The position numbers and the translations under genes were made by a program. Positions 1-9,703 of a DNA stretch of 64,000 nt are shown in pieces (within the stretch, counting starts at the first letter, position 1; each line of letters opens with the position of its first letter). This DNA comes from an uncultured Bacteroidales bacterium. GTDB lineage: Bacteria > Bacteroidota > Bacteroidia > Bacteroidales > VadinHA17. A model generated the notes under the pieces. That model saw nothing but the letters and a program-made list of their open reading frames with translations, was not told the DNA's origin and searched no databases. The DNA is taken from NCBI GenBank assembly GCA_963772705.1, contig CAVYYH010000005.1:290428-354427 (forward strand), written 5' to 3'.

Positions 1-76
1 CGAACAGAGAAGTTAAGCCCTCCTGCGCCGATGGTACTGCAGAGCAAAATGTGGGAGAGTAGGTCGCCGCCGACTT
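1..76 (+). rRNA. rrf: 5S rRNA, 3' portion (5' end lies upstream of the window)
   Basis: Conserved 5S blocks GAAGTTAAGCCC, CCGATGGTACTGC and TGGGAGAGTAGGTCGCCGCCGAC are read directly. A hairpin plus T-run follows immediately. The 3' boundary is approximate. Confidence 0.8.
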
Positions 77-83
77 TACATCA

Positions 84-119
84 AAAGCCCTTAGAGAAAT
101 CTAAGGGCTTTTTTGTTTT
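84..119 (+). terminator. Rho-independent terminator of the rRNA operon
   Basis: Stem AGCCCTTAG (86-94) pairs with CTAAGGGCT (101-109), with a 6-nt loop, followed by TTTTTTGTTTT. Confidence 0.7.
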
Positions 120-175
120 ATCCCGGTGATCCCGGTTTTCATGAATATTGTTTAATTTACCATTCATTTGTAGAA

Positions 176-870
176 ATGATTACCATCAGACAGACATATT
201 CATTCGAAAACCTCCTCCCCATCTCTGCTGACCGTAGAGGAGACAATGGGCTATAAACCGGGGGAAACCCCGGAACCGGTCATCCATATCGCTGCCCGGG
301 TGCTTGAAGAGCTCTCCGGCAGCCACGAGGCAAAATCAGAATACAAAATATTCGATGATATCTCCTTCAACCAGACAGAACATACCCTCAGAATAGAAAA
401 TAAGATATTCAATATCCATAAGATCATTTTCGGCCAGATGAAAAAAGCCGCCAGTGCGGCTCTGTTCATCTGCACAGCAGGTGAAGTGACTGGAGCCAGG
501 AGCAGGTCGCTGATGCAGTCGGGCGATCTCCTCAAGGGGTACATCTACGACCTGATCGGGTCAATAGTGGTCGAGTCGGCGGCAGATATGATGCAGAAGG
601 AACTGAAGGAGAGAATGGCTGCCGAAGGTTATAATATTACCAACAGGTTCAGTCCGGGATATTGCGGGCTGGAACGTCTCTGAACAACATAATCTGTTCA
701 GTTTCTTCCCGGATAACTTTTGCAGAATTACCCTCACACCATCGGCATTGATGTCACCGGTTAAGTCTGTCAGCGGCATTATCGGAATAGGCAGTGCAGT
801 ACGTTATGCCCCGTATCAGTGCAGATTATGTGATGACAAAAACTGCCTCTATCGCAGAAAAAGCTCCTGA
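176..870 (+). pseudogene. MetH activation-domain-like protein (stand-alone, ~230 aa), reading frame broken twice
   Basis: ATG at 176 gives MITIRQTYSFENLLPISAD. This continues in the frame of track ORF 246..683 (VEETMGYKPGE...SPGYCG), then in a third frame (WNVSEQHNLFSFFPDNFCRITLTPSALMSPVKSVSGIIGIG...CRLCDDKNC, stop 868-870). Removing one C of CC 232-233 and one G of GGG 666-668 restores a single ORF. The family call is from memory of the SPGYCGW and KSxSG signatures. Confidence 0.45.
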
Positions 871-990
871 ATCAAAACCGCCTGTCAGGTCAGGGCAGAC
901 GATGACAGAACACCCTTTATTAACATTCATAGAGATAATATTGTACATTTATACACCTGAAAACCACTCTGTAATTAAAAGAATATTACC

Positions 991-2478
991 ATGTTACTAC
1001 TTGGCATCGATTTAGGCAGTTCGTCAGTGAAGGTCTCTGTCATAGAGGGAGATACCGGAATAACCATCTCATCAGCCTCATATCCTCCCACGGAGATGGA
1101 AATGAAGGCCCTCAGACCCGGATGGGCTGAGCAGGACCCCGGGACATGGTGGGATAACCTGACTGTTGCTCTCAGGGCCTGCCTCAAACCGCTGGGAGAA
1201 AAGAAGAAAACAATAGGCGCCATCGGTATTTCCTACCAGATGCACGGACTGGTAATCGTTGACAAAGAGGGGAAAGTGCTCAGACCCTCAATAATATGGT
1301 GTGACAGCAGGGCGGTTGAGACAGGGAACAGGGCATTTGAAAAAATGGGAAAAGACTTCTGTCTGCACCATCTGCTTAACTCACCTGGCAACTTCACGGC
1401 CTCAAAACTGGCCTGGGTCAGGGAGAATGAGCCGTCCATCTTTAAAAAGATACATAAGATCATGCTGCCAGGCGACTATATCGCCATGCGGCTTACGGGG
1501 GACATAAGGACTTCATTCACAGGACTTTCGGAAGGAATCTTCTGGGACTTCAAGAGGGGCGGAATCTCACAGGAGCTGCTTGATTATTATGGCATCCCGG
1601 CAGAGTTTCTTCCTGAGGCTGTCGCTTCATTCTCAGTTCAGGGAAATTTATCAGGAAGCATTGCAGAAGAGACTGGTCTTCAGGCCGGGATACCGGTATC
1701 ATACAGGGCAGGTGATCAGCCCAACAATGCACTGTCACTGAATGTGCTGTCACCCGGAGAGGTCGCAACAACAGCCGGCACATCAGGGGTCATTTACGGT
1801 GTCACCGGTGAGATGAAATTCGATCCGCAGTCGCGCATAAACACTTTTCTTCATGTCAACCACACTGAATACAGTCCGCGACTTGGAGTGCTCCTTTGCA
1901 TAAACGGGACAGGCATACTCTATTCATGGCTCAATAAGATCGCCGGTGCCGGAATGACCTACGGGCAGATGAATGAGATGTCATCAGCAGTTTCACCTGG
2001 CAGTGATGGCCTTTTTCTTCTTCCATTCGGAAACGGGGCCGAGAGGATGCTGCGTAATGCTGATATCTCATCCTCCTTCCATGGGATCAACTTCAACATT
2101 CACGGGCAGGGTCATCTCTTCAGGGCGGCACAGGAGGCAATCGCCTACTCTTTCAGGTTTGGCCTTGAGATAATGAAGGAGACAGGCATTAACCCGGGTG
2201 TCATCAGAGCCGGTGAATCAAACCTCTTCCAGAGCAAAGTATTCAGGGATACCCTTTCCAGCCTCACTTCCGCGGTGATAACACTCTACAACACTGACGG
2301 CTCAGCAGGAGCTGCGCGGGGTGCAGGCATAGGGTGCGGTTACTATAAAAACGAGAAAGAGGCATTCGGAGGCCTCGAGGCCATCGGCGTAAGCGAGCCG
2401 GATAGCAGTCTTTCTGCAGTTTATGAGGCAAAATACCAGGAATGGGTGGATATTCTTGAGGATAAATTATATAAATAG
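991..2478 (+). CDS. xylB: xylulokinase (FGGY carbohydrate kinase family)
   Basis: 495-aa ORF with the FGGY N-terminus LLGIDLGSSSVKVSV and the GWAEQDP motif. It ends 9 nt upstream of xylose isomerase. Confidence 0.85.
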   Translation: MLLLGIDLGSSSVKVSVIEGDTGITISSASYPPTEMEMKALRPGWAEQDPGTWWDNLTVALRACLKPLGEKKKTIGAIGISYQMHGLVIVDKEGKVLRPSIIWCDSRAVETGNRAFEKMGKDFCLHHLLNSPGNFTASKLAWVRENEPSIFKKIHKIMLPGDYIAMRLTGDIRTSFTGLSEGIFWDFKRGGISQELLDYYGIPAEFLPEAVASFSVQGNLSGSIAEETGLQAGIPVSYRAGDQPNNALSLNVLSPGEVATTAGTSGVIYGVTGEMKFDPQSRINTFLHVNHTEYSPRLGVLLCINGTGILYSWLNKIAGAGMTYGQMNEMSSAVSPGSDGLFLLPFGNGAERMLRNADISSSFHGINFNIHGQGHLFRAAQEAIAYSFRFGLEIMKETGINPGVIRAGESNLFQSKVFRDTLSSLTSAVITLYNTDGSAGAARGAGIGCGYYKNEKEAFGGLEAIGVSEPDSSLSAVYEAKYQEWVDILEDKLYK

Positions 2479-2487
2479 GCTTTTACC

Positions 2488-3810
2488 ATGTCTAAGAAAG
2501 TGAATAAAGAAATCTTCCCCGGGATAGGGAAGATCAGGTATGAAGGGAGGGACTCCAGGAATCCCCTGGCGTTCAGATGGTATGACCCCGAGGCAAAGGT
2601 AGGCGGAAAAAAAATGAAGGAGATGCTTCGTTTTGCTGTTGCCTACTGGCACTCATTCTGCGGCGACGGCACTGATACTTTCGGTGCAGCAACCAGGTCC
2701 TTCCCTTATGACGGCTTGAAAGGTGATGACCGCATCAGGGTCAGGCTCGATATGGCCTTTGAATTCATTACGAAGATCGGAGCACCATTCTATTGTTTTC
2801 ATGATACCGATGTTGTCGGTGACGGTACCGTATTTGAAATCGAAAAGCGTCTTGAGAAGTTTGTTCCTCTGTTGAAGACAATGCAGAAGGAGACGGGGGC
2901 AAAGCTCCTCTGGGGTACCGCAAACCTCTTCAGCAATCCCCGTTACATGAACGGTGCTGCCACCAATCCTGATTTCAACGTGCTAACCCACGCTGCCGTG
3001 CAGCTGAAGAACGCCATTGATGCAACCATCGCCCTCGGCGGACAGGGTTATGTATTCTGGGGCGGACGTGAAGGCTATCTGTCGCTGCATAACACAGACA
3101 TGAAACGTGAGCTTGACCACCTGGCCATGATGCTGACCCTGGCACGTGACTATGGGCGCAAGAAAGGGTTTAAGGGGACATTCTACATTGAGCCTAAACC
3201 GATGGAGCCCACCAAGCATCAGTATGACTTCGATGCCGCAACTGTTATAGGCTTTCTCCGCCACTACGGGCTTGACAGGGACTTCAAGCTCAACGTGGAG
3301 GTCAACCATGCCACCCTTGCCGGACACTCGTTTCAGCATGACCTGCAGACAGCAGCTGACGCCGGCATGCTGGGCAGCATAGATGCCAACAGGGGAGACT
3401 ACCAGAACGGGTGGGACACCGATGAGTTCCCGACAAATATCAATGAGATCACCGAAGCTATGCTCGTTATACTTCGTGCCGGTGGCTTCACTACCGGGGG
3501 CATCAACTTTGACGCTCACGTCAGGCGTAACTCGACAGACCCCGAGGATCTGTTCATAGCCCATATCAACGGCATGGATACATTTGCAAGGGCCCTTATA
3601 ATAGCCGACAGGATCCTAAAAGACTCAGACTATCTTAAGATGAGGAAGTCACGATATTCCTCCTTCGACAGGGGTGACGGCGCCCGGTTTGAAAAAGGAA
3701 AACTGACTCTGGAAGATCTGAGGAAAATAGCACACAGGAGCGGTGAGCCGGAGAAGAGAAGCGGCAAGCAGGAACTCCTTGAACAACTCATTAATATGTA
3801 TATAATCTGA
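2488..3810 (+). CDS. xylA: xylose isomerase
   Basis: 440 aa. Typical class II XylA blocks are present: [64 protein letters not shown]. Confidence 0.95.
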   Translation: MSKKVNKEIFPGIGKIRYEGRDSRNPLAFRWYDPEAKVGGKKMKEMLRFAVAYWHSFCGDGTDTFGAATRSFPYDGLKGDDRIRVRLDMAFEFITKIGAPFYCFHDTDVVGDGTVFEIEKRLEKFVPLLKTMQKETGAKLLWGTANLFSNPRYMNGAATNPDFNVLTHAAVQLKNAIDATIALGGQGYVFWGGREGYLSLHNTDMKRELDHLAMMLTLARDYGRKKGFKGTFYIEPKPMEPTKHQYDFDAATVIGFLRHYGLDRDFKLNVEVNHATLAGHSFQHDLQTAADAGMLGSIDANRGDYQNGWDTDEFPTNINEITEAMLVILRAGGFTTGGINFDAHVRRNSTDPEDLFIAHINGMDTFARALIIADRILKDSDYLKMRKSRYSSFDRGDGARFEKGKLTLEDLRKIAHRSGEPEKRSGKQELLEQLINMYII

Positions 3811-3841
3811 CAGACCGGGCTTACTGAGGTATTTTAATAAA

Positions 3842-3869
3842 ACGGAAGTTGCCCCCTTCCGTTTTTTTT
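3842..3869 (+). terminator. Rho-independent terminator after xylA
   Basis: ACGGAAG (3842-3848) pairs with CTTCCGT (3856-3862), followed by T8. Confidence 0.75.
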
Positions 3870-3899
3870 ATTATCTTTTCTCACGTATTGCGAGGCCGC

Positions 3900-5699
3900 A
3901 TGAAAATGAAACTTCTGACATCAAGAGAGCTGGCGAAGGCAACAAACCTTGATATGCCGGGGGGTGTTTTTATCGCAGAGGCCCTTATGCAGATCTTTCG
4001 CTACAACAAGCTTAACAGAGTCTACTCATCGGCCTATGACAGCGACCCTGTTGTCTTTATCAACTCCATCCTTGACCAGCTCGACATAAAATATGAAGTC
4101 CCGGAGAAGGATATGGAAAACATCCTTTCCGAAGGACCATTCATTACGGTGTCGAATCATCCCTTCGGGGGCATTGATGCCCTTATATTACTGAAGATAA
4201 TCACTTCCCGCCGCAATGACATCAAGGGTATGGCAAACTTCCTTCTTCAGAAGATTGATCCTCTGAAGGAATATGTTCTGCCGGTTAATCCTTTCGAGAC
4301 GCGCAAGGATGTGAAGTCGTCATTCAAAGGTCTCAAGGAAGGCTTGAATTTTCTTAAGGAAGGGCACGTGGTGGCTATCTTTCCTGCGGGCGAAGTTTCA
4401 ACCTATCAGTCGGAATCAAATATTATTATCGACCGTGAGTGGCAGGAGCCGGCGCTGAAGTTCATGAAGCTGGCCGAGGTACCTGTGGTGCCGGTATATT
4501 TTCACGGCACCAATTCACGCTGGTTTCATATACTGGGAAGGATACATCCTTTGTTGCGGACGGCGAAGCTGGCCTCAGAGTTGTTCAACAAGCGCCACAA
4601 GGTCATCAGGGTGCGTATCGGCAAACCTGTCACAGTCAGGGAGCAGGCTGAATTTCATGATATTGCCCGTTACGGACGCTATCTCAGGGCCAGGACTTAT
4701 TCTCTTGGCTCAACGCTTGAAGCCCGCCATTTCTTCCCGAACCTCAGGCAGCGCCGTAGCAAGAGACAGGTACCGGTGGCTGATCCTGTCGACAAGGCAA
4801 AGCTCCGTGATGAGTTCAACAGCGTCAGGCAGGCGCATGAGCTCTTCACCAGCAAAAACTTCAGCGTCCTGTTTGCTCCGACACGTGTCATCCCAAACAT
4901 TTTCCGGGAGATAGGAAGATTGAGGGAGATAACATTCAGAGCCGTAGGAGAGGGAACCAACAGAGCAACCGATATTGACGAGTACGACTTTTATTATCAC
5001 CACCTGGTGATATGGGACATCGATACGGACTCTGTTGTGGGAGCCTACAGGCTGGGCAAGGGAAAGGAGATCCTCAGCCAGTATGGCATCAAGGGATTCT
5101 ACATTAACTCCCTGTTCAGGATCAGCAAGGCTTTTGAGCCTTACCTGCATGAGTCAATTGAACTGGGCAGATCGTTTATTGTACCTGAATACCAGCGCAA
5201 GCCTCTCTCCCTCTTCCTCCTCTGGAAGGGGCTTCTGTCGGTTCTGCTTACACATGTTGATTACAGATATCTTATCGGACCGGTAAGTATTAGCAATGAC
5301 TTTTCCGATTTTTCCAAATCGCTCATAGTCGAGTTCATCAGGAATAACCACTTTGATGATGACATGGCGAGATATATCAAGCCCAGGAAAGAGTTCAATC
5401 CTCAGTTTGACCCCCGTTTTGACAGTCGAATCATTATTGACAATGCCGAGAAAGACATCAGCAAGGTGGAAAAGGTTGTCAGTGATGTCGACGGCGGTTA
5501 CAGGATACCGGTACTGCTGAAGAAATACCTTGAAGTAAATGCGAAGATAATAGGCTTTAATGTCGATCCGGACTTTAACAACTGTCTTGACGGACTGATC
5601 ATGCTTGATGTTTATAAATTCCCTGTTGATTTTGTCAGGGCGCTGTCAAAGGATATGAGTGAGGAAGATGTCAGGATGCGGTTCAGCGGCAACCAATAG
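3900..5699 (+). CDS. bifunctional lipid acyltransferase, OlsF-like (N-terminal PlsC-type O-acyltransferase plus C-terminal OlsB/hemolysin-like N-acyltransferase)
   Basis: The N-terminal half has the acyltransferase motif VSNHPFGGIDALIL and FPAGEVS. The C-terminal half has the GNAT-like OlsB signature (REITFRAVGEG...DEYDFYYHHLVIWD...VVGAYRLG). The track start at 3849 is TTG inside the xylA terminator hairpin, so ATG 3900 (MKMKLL) is preferred. Confidence 0.6.
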   Translation: MKMKLLTSRELAKATNLDMPGGVFIAEALMQIFRYNKLNRVYSSAYDSDPVVFINSILDQLDIKYEVPEKDMENILSEGPFITVSNHPFGGIDALILLKIITSRRNDIKGMANFLLQKIDPLKEYVLPVNPFETRKDVKSSFKGLKEGLNFLKEGHVVAIFPAGEVSTYQSESNIIIDREWQEPALKFMKLAEVPVVPVYFHGTNSRWFHILGRIHPLLRTAKLASELFNKRHKVIRVRIGKPVTVREQAEFHDIARYGRYLRARTYSLGSTLEARHFFPNLRQRRSKRQVPVADPVDKAKLRDEFNSVRQAHELFTSKNFSVLFAPTRVIPNIFREIGRLREITFRAVGEGTNRATDIDEYDFYYHHLVIWDIDTDSVVGAYRLGKGKEILSQYGIKGFYINSLFRISKAFEPYLHESIELGRSFIVPEYQRKPLSLFLLWKGLLSVLLTHVDYRYLIGPVSISNDFSDFSKSLIVEFIRNNHFDDDMARYIKPRKEFNPQFDPRFDSRIIIDNAEKDISKVEKVVSDVDGGYRIPVLLKKYLEVNAKIIGFNVDPDFNNCLDGLIMLDVYKFPVDFVRALSKDMSEEDVRMRFSGNQ

Positions 5700-5701
5700 A
5701 A

Positions 5702-5722
5702 AACCCGGCTCGGGGCCGGGTT
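5702..5722. terminator. bidirectional hairpin between convergent genes
   Basis: AACCCGGC (5702-5709) pairs with GCCGGGTT (5715-5722). It is flanked by A-rich sequence on the left and a T/C-rich run on the right. Confidence 0.6.
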
Positions 5723-5762
5723 CTTCTTCTTACAGAGACAGGCAACCTGCCCGCCGCTTATA

Positions 5763-7883
5763 TTAATAAAACTTATATCTCTGGTCAACAACCTCTTTCT
5801 TGTCACGGATGGCCTGGTAGGCTTCATATGAGGCGCGTATCTCATAGTTTGAGCCTAGCCTCTCGCGTATGAGCGCCATGTCTTCAGCCTGTGAGGGGGC
5901 TGCTGTATTAACTACATACATGAAGACTCCGTTGTTACCTGTAACAGGCTTTGAGAGCACACCTGCCTCGGAGGCTGATGCTGCGGCTATCAGACCTGGT
6001 TCTATTCCCGCTCCCGGGATAGAAAATGACCTGAAATTGATACCTGCGGCATCCTGAACTGTAGTGTTGTAGTATGCAGCGATATCATATATCGTTTTTC
6101 CTTCAGCCGCAAGTTTCTTCATCTCCTCGGAAATGATCTCACCCTTCTTCTTTTTGGCGAGGATGAACCTTATATCAGAAGAAACCGATTCTACAGGAGC
6201 TATGCCCTCTTCCTGTACGCGTGTACAATAAGCCACCACATACATTTCAGGCAGTTCGAATACAGCCTGGCTGCTGCCGTCAAGGACTATCTCACCCTCC
6301 TTGCTGTACTGGAACAGTGACATTACCAGTCCCCGTGACTGGGTCAGCCCCGGCAGCTCCTTCTGATCAGGTGTGACATTCAACGCCAGTTTCTTGTTAA
6401 GGTTGCCGTCTGCAACAGCTTTGTTGAATTTCTCATACGTGTTGTTGGTACCGGCAAACTGTGACGCCTCGGCATAGATCCGCTGGGTTGTAGTGCTGCT
6501 GGGTATCACCTTGCGGTCAACGATTCCAATGTCATATTTCTTTACACCGGGGCTCTGGTCTATGATCTTTATGATGTGCAGCCCGAAGTTTGTTTCAACA
6601 GTCACCAGTTCTCCCTTCTTGCTGCTGAAACAAGCATTATTAAAAGGAACAACCATCATTCCCTCGCTGAACCAGCCGAGGTCACCTCCGACCTGTGCCG
6701 AGCCCTGGTCATCGGAATTGGCCATGGCGAGCAGGTTGAAGTCAATACCTGATTTGACCAGCTGTATGAGACTGTCAGCTTCTCTTTTGGCCTGTTCCAT
6801 GCTCCTGCCAGCGTTTGGTGAAAGGAGAATATGAGCAGCTCTGACTGAATCAGGGCGATTGGCTATATCAATTATGCGTGCGATCTTATAGGTACCATCT
6901 TCAAAGTAAGGGCCGAACACAGCAGATCTGTCCTCTGACTTCGCCAGATCACGAAGGCCTTCGGGCAGTGCTGAAAGCGTTTGATAGAATCCTGTGTGAC
7001 GGGTGTCTGCATTGAGATTGATGTACTGAACCAGGTCTGTTGCCTCAGCAAAATGAACCTTCTCATCTGTGGCCCAACTCTCTGCTTCCTTCAGGTCTTC
7101 CTCCGAGGGCTTTATCTCAAAAGCGATATATTCCATGTCCCTCTGGGCCGGACGCTTAAAACTCTCCTTATGATCGTCGTAATACTTCCTAATCTCGTCA
7201 GCGGTTACATTGATGCTGCTGTCAGGAACGGCCGCATAGTTGCGCGAAACATAGCTGAAGCTGACAGTATTGCCTGCAAGTGAAGCTTCATATTCTGACT
7301 GTTTGCCGGTGACATACAGCCCTTTTGACATGAGGGTCACCAGTTTTGAATTCAGCCTGTCATTCAGTATCTGGTCCTCGAAGAAGAGCCAGTATCTCTT
7401 TGTAGCATCATCAGTCTCGGTAGCCTTGAGGAAGTTAATAAGGAAAGACTCGTTGAACATGCCGGTCTGAGGATCGGTGAAGAGCTGCCTAACAATAGGG
7501 TGAGGATTCTCACCGAAAACCAGGGTCTCCATCTCTTCCGGACTAACAGCGATACCGGCTGTACGGTATGTCTTACCCATCAGCCTGTCAGAGAGCATCT
7601 GCTGCCAGATCTGTTCCCTGATGCTCAGTGCCATCTCCTCGTTGATCTCGGTATTGCCTGACATCTTGTATATCTCCGTCAGTTCCTGCACCCTGGTCTC
7701 AAATTCCTGGTATGATACTGTCTCCCCGTCTATCCGGGCAAGCTCATAGATTTTTTTCGCCTGGCGCCTCTGCGAATTACCGCTTCCGAAGAAATCACTG
7801 ACAACAAAAAGAAGCAGTGAAAGCCCTATCACACCTGCCACCAGGGGACCTGCCTTCTCTCTTAAAGTCTGAAGTACTGACAT
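5763..7883 (-). CDS. ppiD: periplasmic chaperone / peptidyl-prolyl isomerase, PpiD-like
   Basis: 706 aa. It has an N-terminal membrane anchor (AGPLVAGVIGLSLLLFVV), a SurA_N-like region and a parvulin domain (AAHILL...GGDLGWF...GLHIIKI). Confidence 0.8.
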   Translation of the reverse strand: MSVLQTLREKAGPLVAGVIGLSLLLFVVSDFFGSGNSQRRQAKKIYELARIDGETVSYQEFETRVQELTEIYKMSGNTEINEEMALSIREQIWQQMLSDRLMGKTYRTAGIAVSPEEMETLVFGENPHPIVRQLFTDPQTGMFNESFLINFLKATETDDATKRYWLFFEDQILNDRLNSKLVTLMSKGLYVTGKQSEYEASLAGNTVSFSYVSRNYAAVPDSSINVTADEIRKYYDDHKESFKRPAQRDMEYIAFEIKPSEEDLKEAESWATDEKVHFAEATDLVQYINLNADTRHTGFYQTLSALPEGLRDLAKSEDRSAVFGPYFEDGTYKIARIIDIANRPDSVRAAHILLSPNAGRSMEQAKREADSLIQLVKSGIDFNLLAMANSDDQGSAQVGGDLGWFSEGMMVVPFNNACFSSKKGELVTVETNFGLHIIKIIDQSPGVKKYDIGIVDRKVIPSSTTTQRIYAEASQFAGTNNTYEKFNKAVADGNLNKKLALNVTPDQKELPGLTQSRGLVMSLFQYSKEGEIVLDGSSQAVFELPEMYVVAYCTRVQEEGIAPVESVSSDIRFILAKKKKGEIISEEMKKLAAEGKTIYDIAAYYNTTVQDAAGINFRSFSIPGAGIEPGLIAAASASEAGVLSKPVTGNNGVFMYVVNTAAPSQAEDMALIRERLGSNYEIRASYEAYQAIRDKKEVVDQRYKFY

Positions 7884-7930
7884 CTATTGACTATTTAAAT
7901 GATTGATTGTAGCTTTTAAAATACAGGCGA

Positions 7931-7938
7931 CAAATATA
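7931..7938 (-). promoter_or_regulatory. Bacteroidota -7 box TATATTTG upstream of ppiD
   Basis: Plus-strand CAAATATA equals TAnnTTTG on the minus strand, 48-55 nt upstream of the start at 7883. Confidence 0.5.
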
Positions 7939-8072
7939 ACAAAATTCAGCAAAACAAAAGGGAACCGCTGATTCTGATTTATGCCTCCGGTGAAAATGTG
8001 ATAATTCTCATTTTTCATAGATATCTTGCACCTAATTAATACCTTGAAACCGGTTACCATAAAATTTAGCTT

Positions 8073-9692
8073 ATGTCGAAGAACCTGAGAGGCCTGTCCG
8101 GGAGAACAGGACCTGTAAATGGGTTGTATGAGGAGATAGTGAGGGCTGTCACTGAAGATCATGAAAAAAAGGATGAAAAGCTGGCTTTTCTATCCGGCAG
8201 GTTCATGACAGGGACCTCAGCGGTGCTGGGAGTAAGCTCCTTCTACGATTTTCTTCATGCCGGACATATCGGTAAGAAAGCATTTGTGTGTGACGGAACG
8301 GCCTGCCTTACATCAGGAAAGCAGGCTGCGGTCAGGAGAGAGTTGCTTGGCAGGTACCATGAGAGCGAGATAGGTACGGTGTCATGTCTTGGCCATTGTC
8401 ATTCCAACGACGCCGTGCTGGTCAACGGTGAGGTTGTCACGGCAGGGAAGGACCGCCTGGCAGGTAGGCTGCGGACTGACTCCAATGTCGGCCGTCCGGT
8501 ACTGCTGGCTCCGACAGGGAACATAAGGGATTATTATTCTCAGGCAGGCCGCGGGGCAATTGATTTTGATGAAGCTCTCTCTGAGCTTGAGCGTTCAGGC
8601 CTCAGGGGAAGAGGAGGAGCAGGATTCCCGTTTCATATAAAGGTAAGATCGTCACGCGATGCAAACGGGTCACAGAAATATATTGTATGTAATGCTGACG
8701 AAGGAGATCCGGGGGCCTTTTCTGACAAGTGGCTCCTCGAAGAGCGGCCTCATTCGGTGCTCTTCGGCATGCTGATGACAGGACTTATCACTGGCGCTGA
8801 TACCGGCATCCTTTATATCCGTGGCGAGTATCCTCTCGCTGTAAAGCTGACCAGGGAGGCTGTGAGGGAGATTGAAGAGGAAGGGATCATAACAGGATCA
8901 GATGGGGTTCGGGGACTACGTTTCAGGTTTCATGTGGTGGAGGGATCAGGAGCCTATATATGCGGAGAGGAGACCTCACTTCTCAATTCGCTCGAGGGGC
9001 TCAGACCTGAGGTGCGCACACGGCCGCCTTTCCCTGCCGTCTACGGGCTCTTTGGCAAACCGACTGTACTGAGCAATGTTGAGACATTTGCCAATATTCA
9101 CTTTATACTCAGGGAGGGAGGCAGGGACTGGGCTTCACTTGGGACAGAGAAATCTCCCGGCACGAAGCTGGTGTCACTTGACGGAGCGTTCAGCAAACCG
9201 GGTCTTCTTGAGGTAAGGATGGGGACCCCGCTCAGGACTGTCATCGATGAGATGGGAGGCGGAACGCGCTACCCGGTCAAGGCATTCCAGATAGGAGGGC
9301 CGCTGGGCGGGCTAGTGCCTGCAGAAAAGATCGATGATCTTACACTTGATTTTGAATCGTTCAGCCGCGAAGGATTCCTTCTTGGCCATGCCAGCATAGT
9401 GTCTGTCCCTGAGAGCTTCCCGCTGATCAGGCTGCTTGAACATCTCTTTGAGTTTACCATGAAGGAGTCATGCGGCAAGTGTTTCCCCTGCCGGCTGGGC
9501 TCTGCAAGAGGAATGGAGCTGCTCTCTGAAGCCGCGGTCAGGGGTAAAAAGATCGACCGTGAGCTTTTTGATGACCTGCTCGAGACGATGCAGATAGGCT
9601 CTCTGTGCGCACTCGGAGGAGGACTGCCTCTTCCCGTGAGGAATGCCCTGCAGTATTTCAGCCATGAGCTTGATGAATACTTTACAGCCTGA
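8073..9692 (+). CDS. NAD(P)H-binding flavoprotein subunit of formate dehydrogenase/hydrogenase type (NuoE-like 2Fe-2S domain fused to NuoF-like domain)
   Basis: The N-terminus has the thioredoxin-like 2Fe-2S pattern CDGTAC...CLGHC. NuoF motifs follow: GRGGAGFPF, CNADEGDPGAF, ICGEETSL, and the 4Fe-4S pattern ESCGKCFPCR...SLCALGG. Confidence 0.8.
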   Translation: MSKNLRGLSGRTGPVNGLYEEIVRAVTEDHEKKDEKLAFLSGRFMTGTSAVLGVSSFYDFLHAGHIGKKAFVCDGTACLTSGKQAAVRRELLGRYHESEIGTVSCLGHCHSNDAVLVNGEVVTAGKDRLAGRLRTDSNVGRPVLLAPTGNIRDYYSQAGRGAIDFDEALSELERSGLRGRGGAGFPFHIKVRSSRDANGSQKYIVCNADEGDPGAFSDKWLLEERPHSVLFGMLMTGLITGADTGILYIRGEYPLAVKLTREAVREIEEEGIITGSDGVRGLRFRFHVVEGSGAYICGEETSLLNSLEGLRPEVRTRPPFPAVYGLFGKPTVLSNVETFANIHFILREGGRDWASLGTEKSPGTKLVSLDGAFSKPGLLEVRMGTPLRTVIDEMGGGTRYPVKAFQIGGPLGGLVPAEKIDDLTLDFESFSREGFLLGHASIVSVPESFPLIRLLEHLFEFTMKESCGKCFPCRLGSARGMELLSEAAVRGKKIDRELFDDLLETMQIGSLCALGGGLPLPVRNALQYFSHELDEYFTA

Positions 9693-9703
9693 AAGCAAAA
9701 GCG

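Noticed and set aside
2983-3564. Long antisense ORFs inside strongly conserved genes (also 11093..11593, 13820..14317, 16910..17380, 18693..19097, 39477..39938, 43795..44463, 46678..47094, 4710..5150)
   Set aside because: Each lies fully inside a gene with unmistakable homology on the opposite strand. Their translations have shadow-ORF composition. They are treated as spurious.
3849-3899. TTG start at 3849 for the OlsF-like gene
   Set aside because: This segment is the xylA terminator hairpin and T-run. The first ATG (3900) gives a normal N-terminus.
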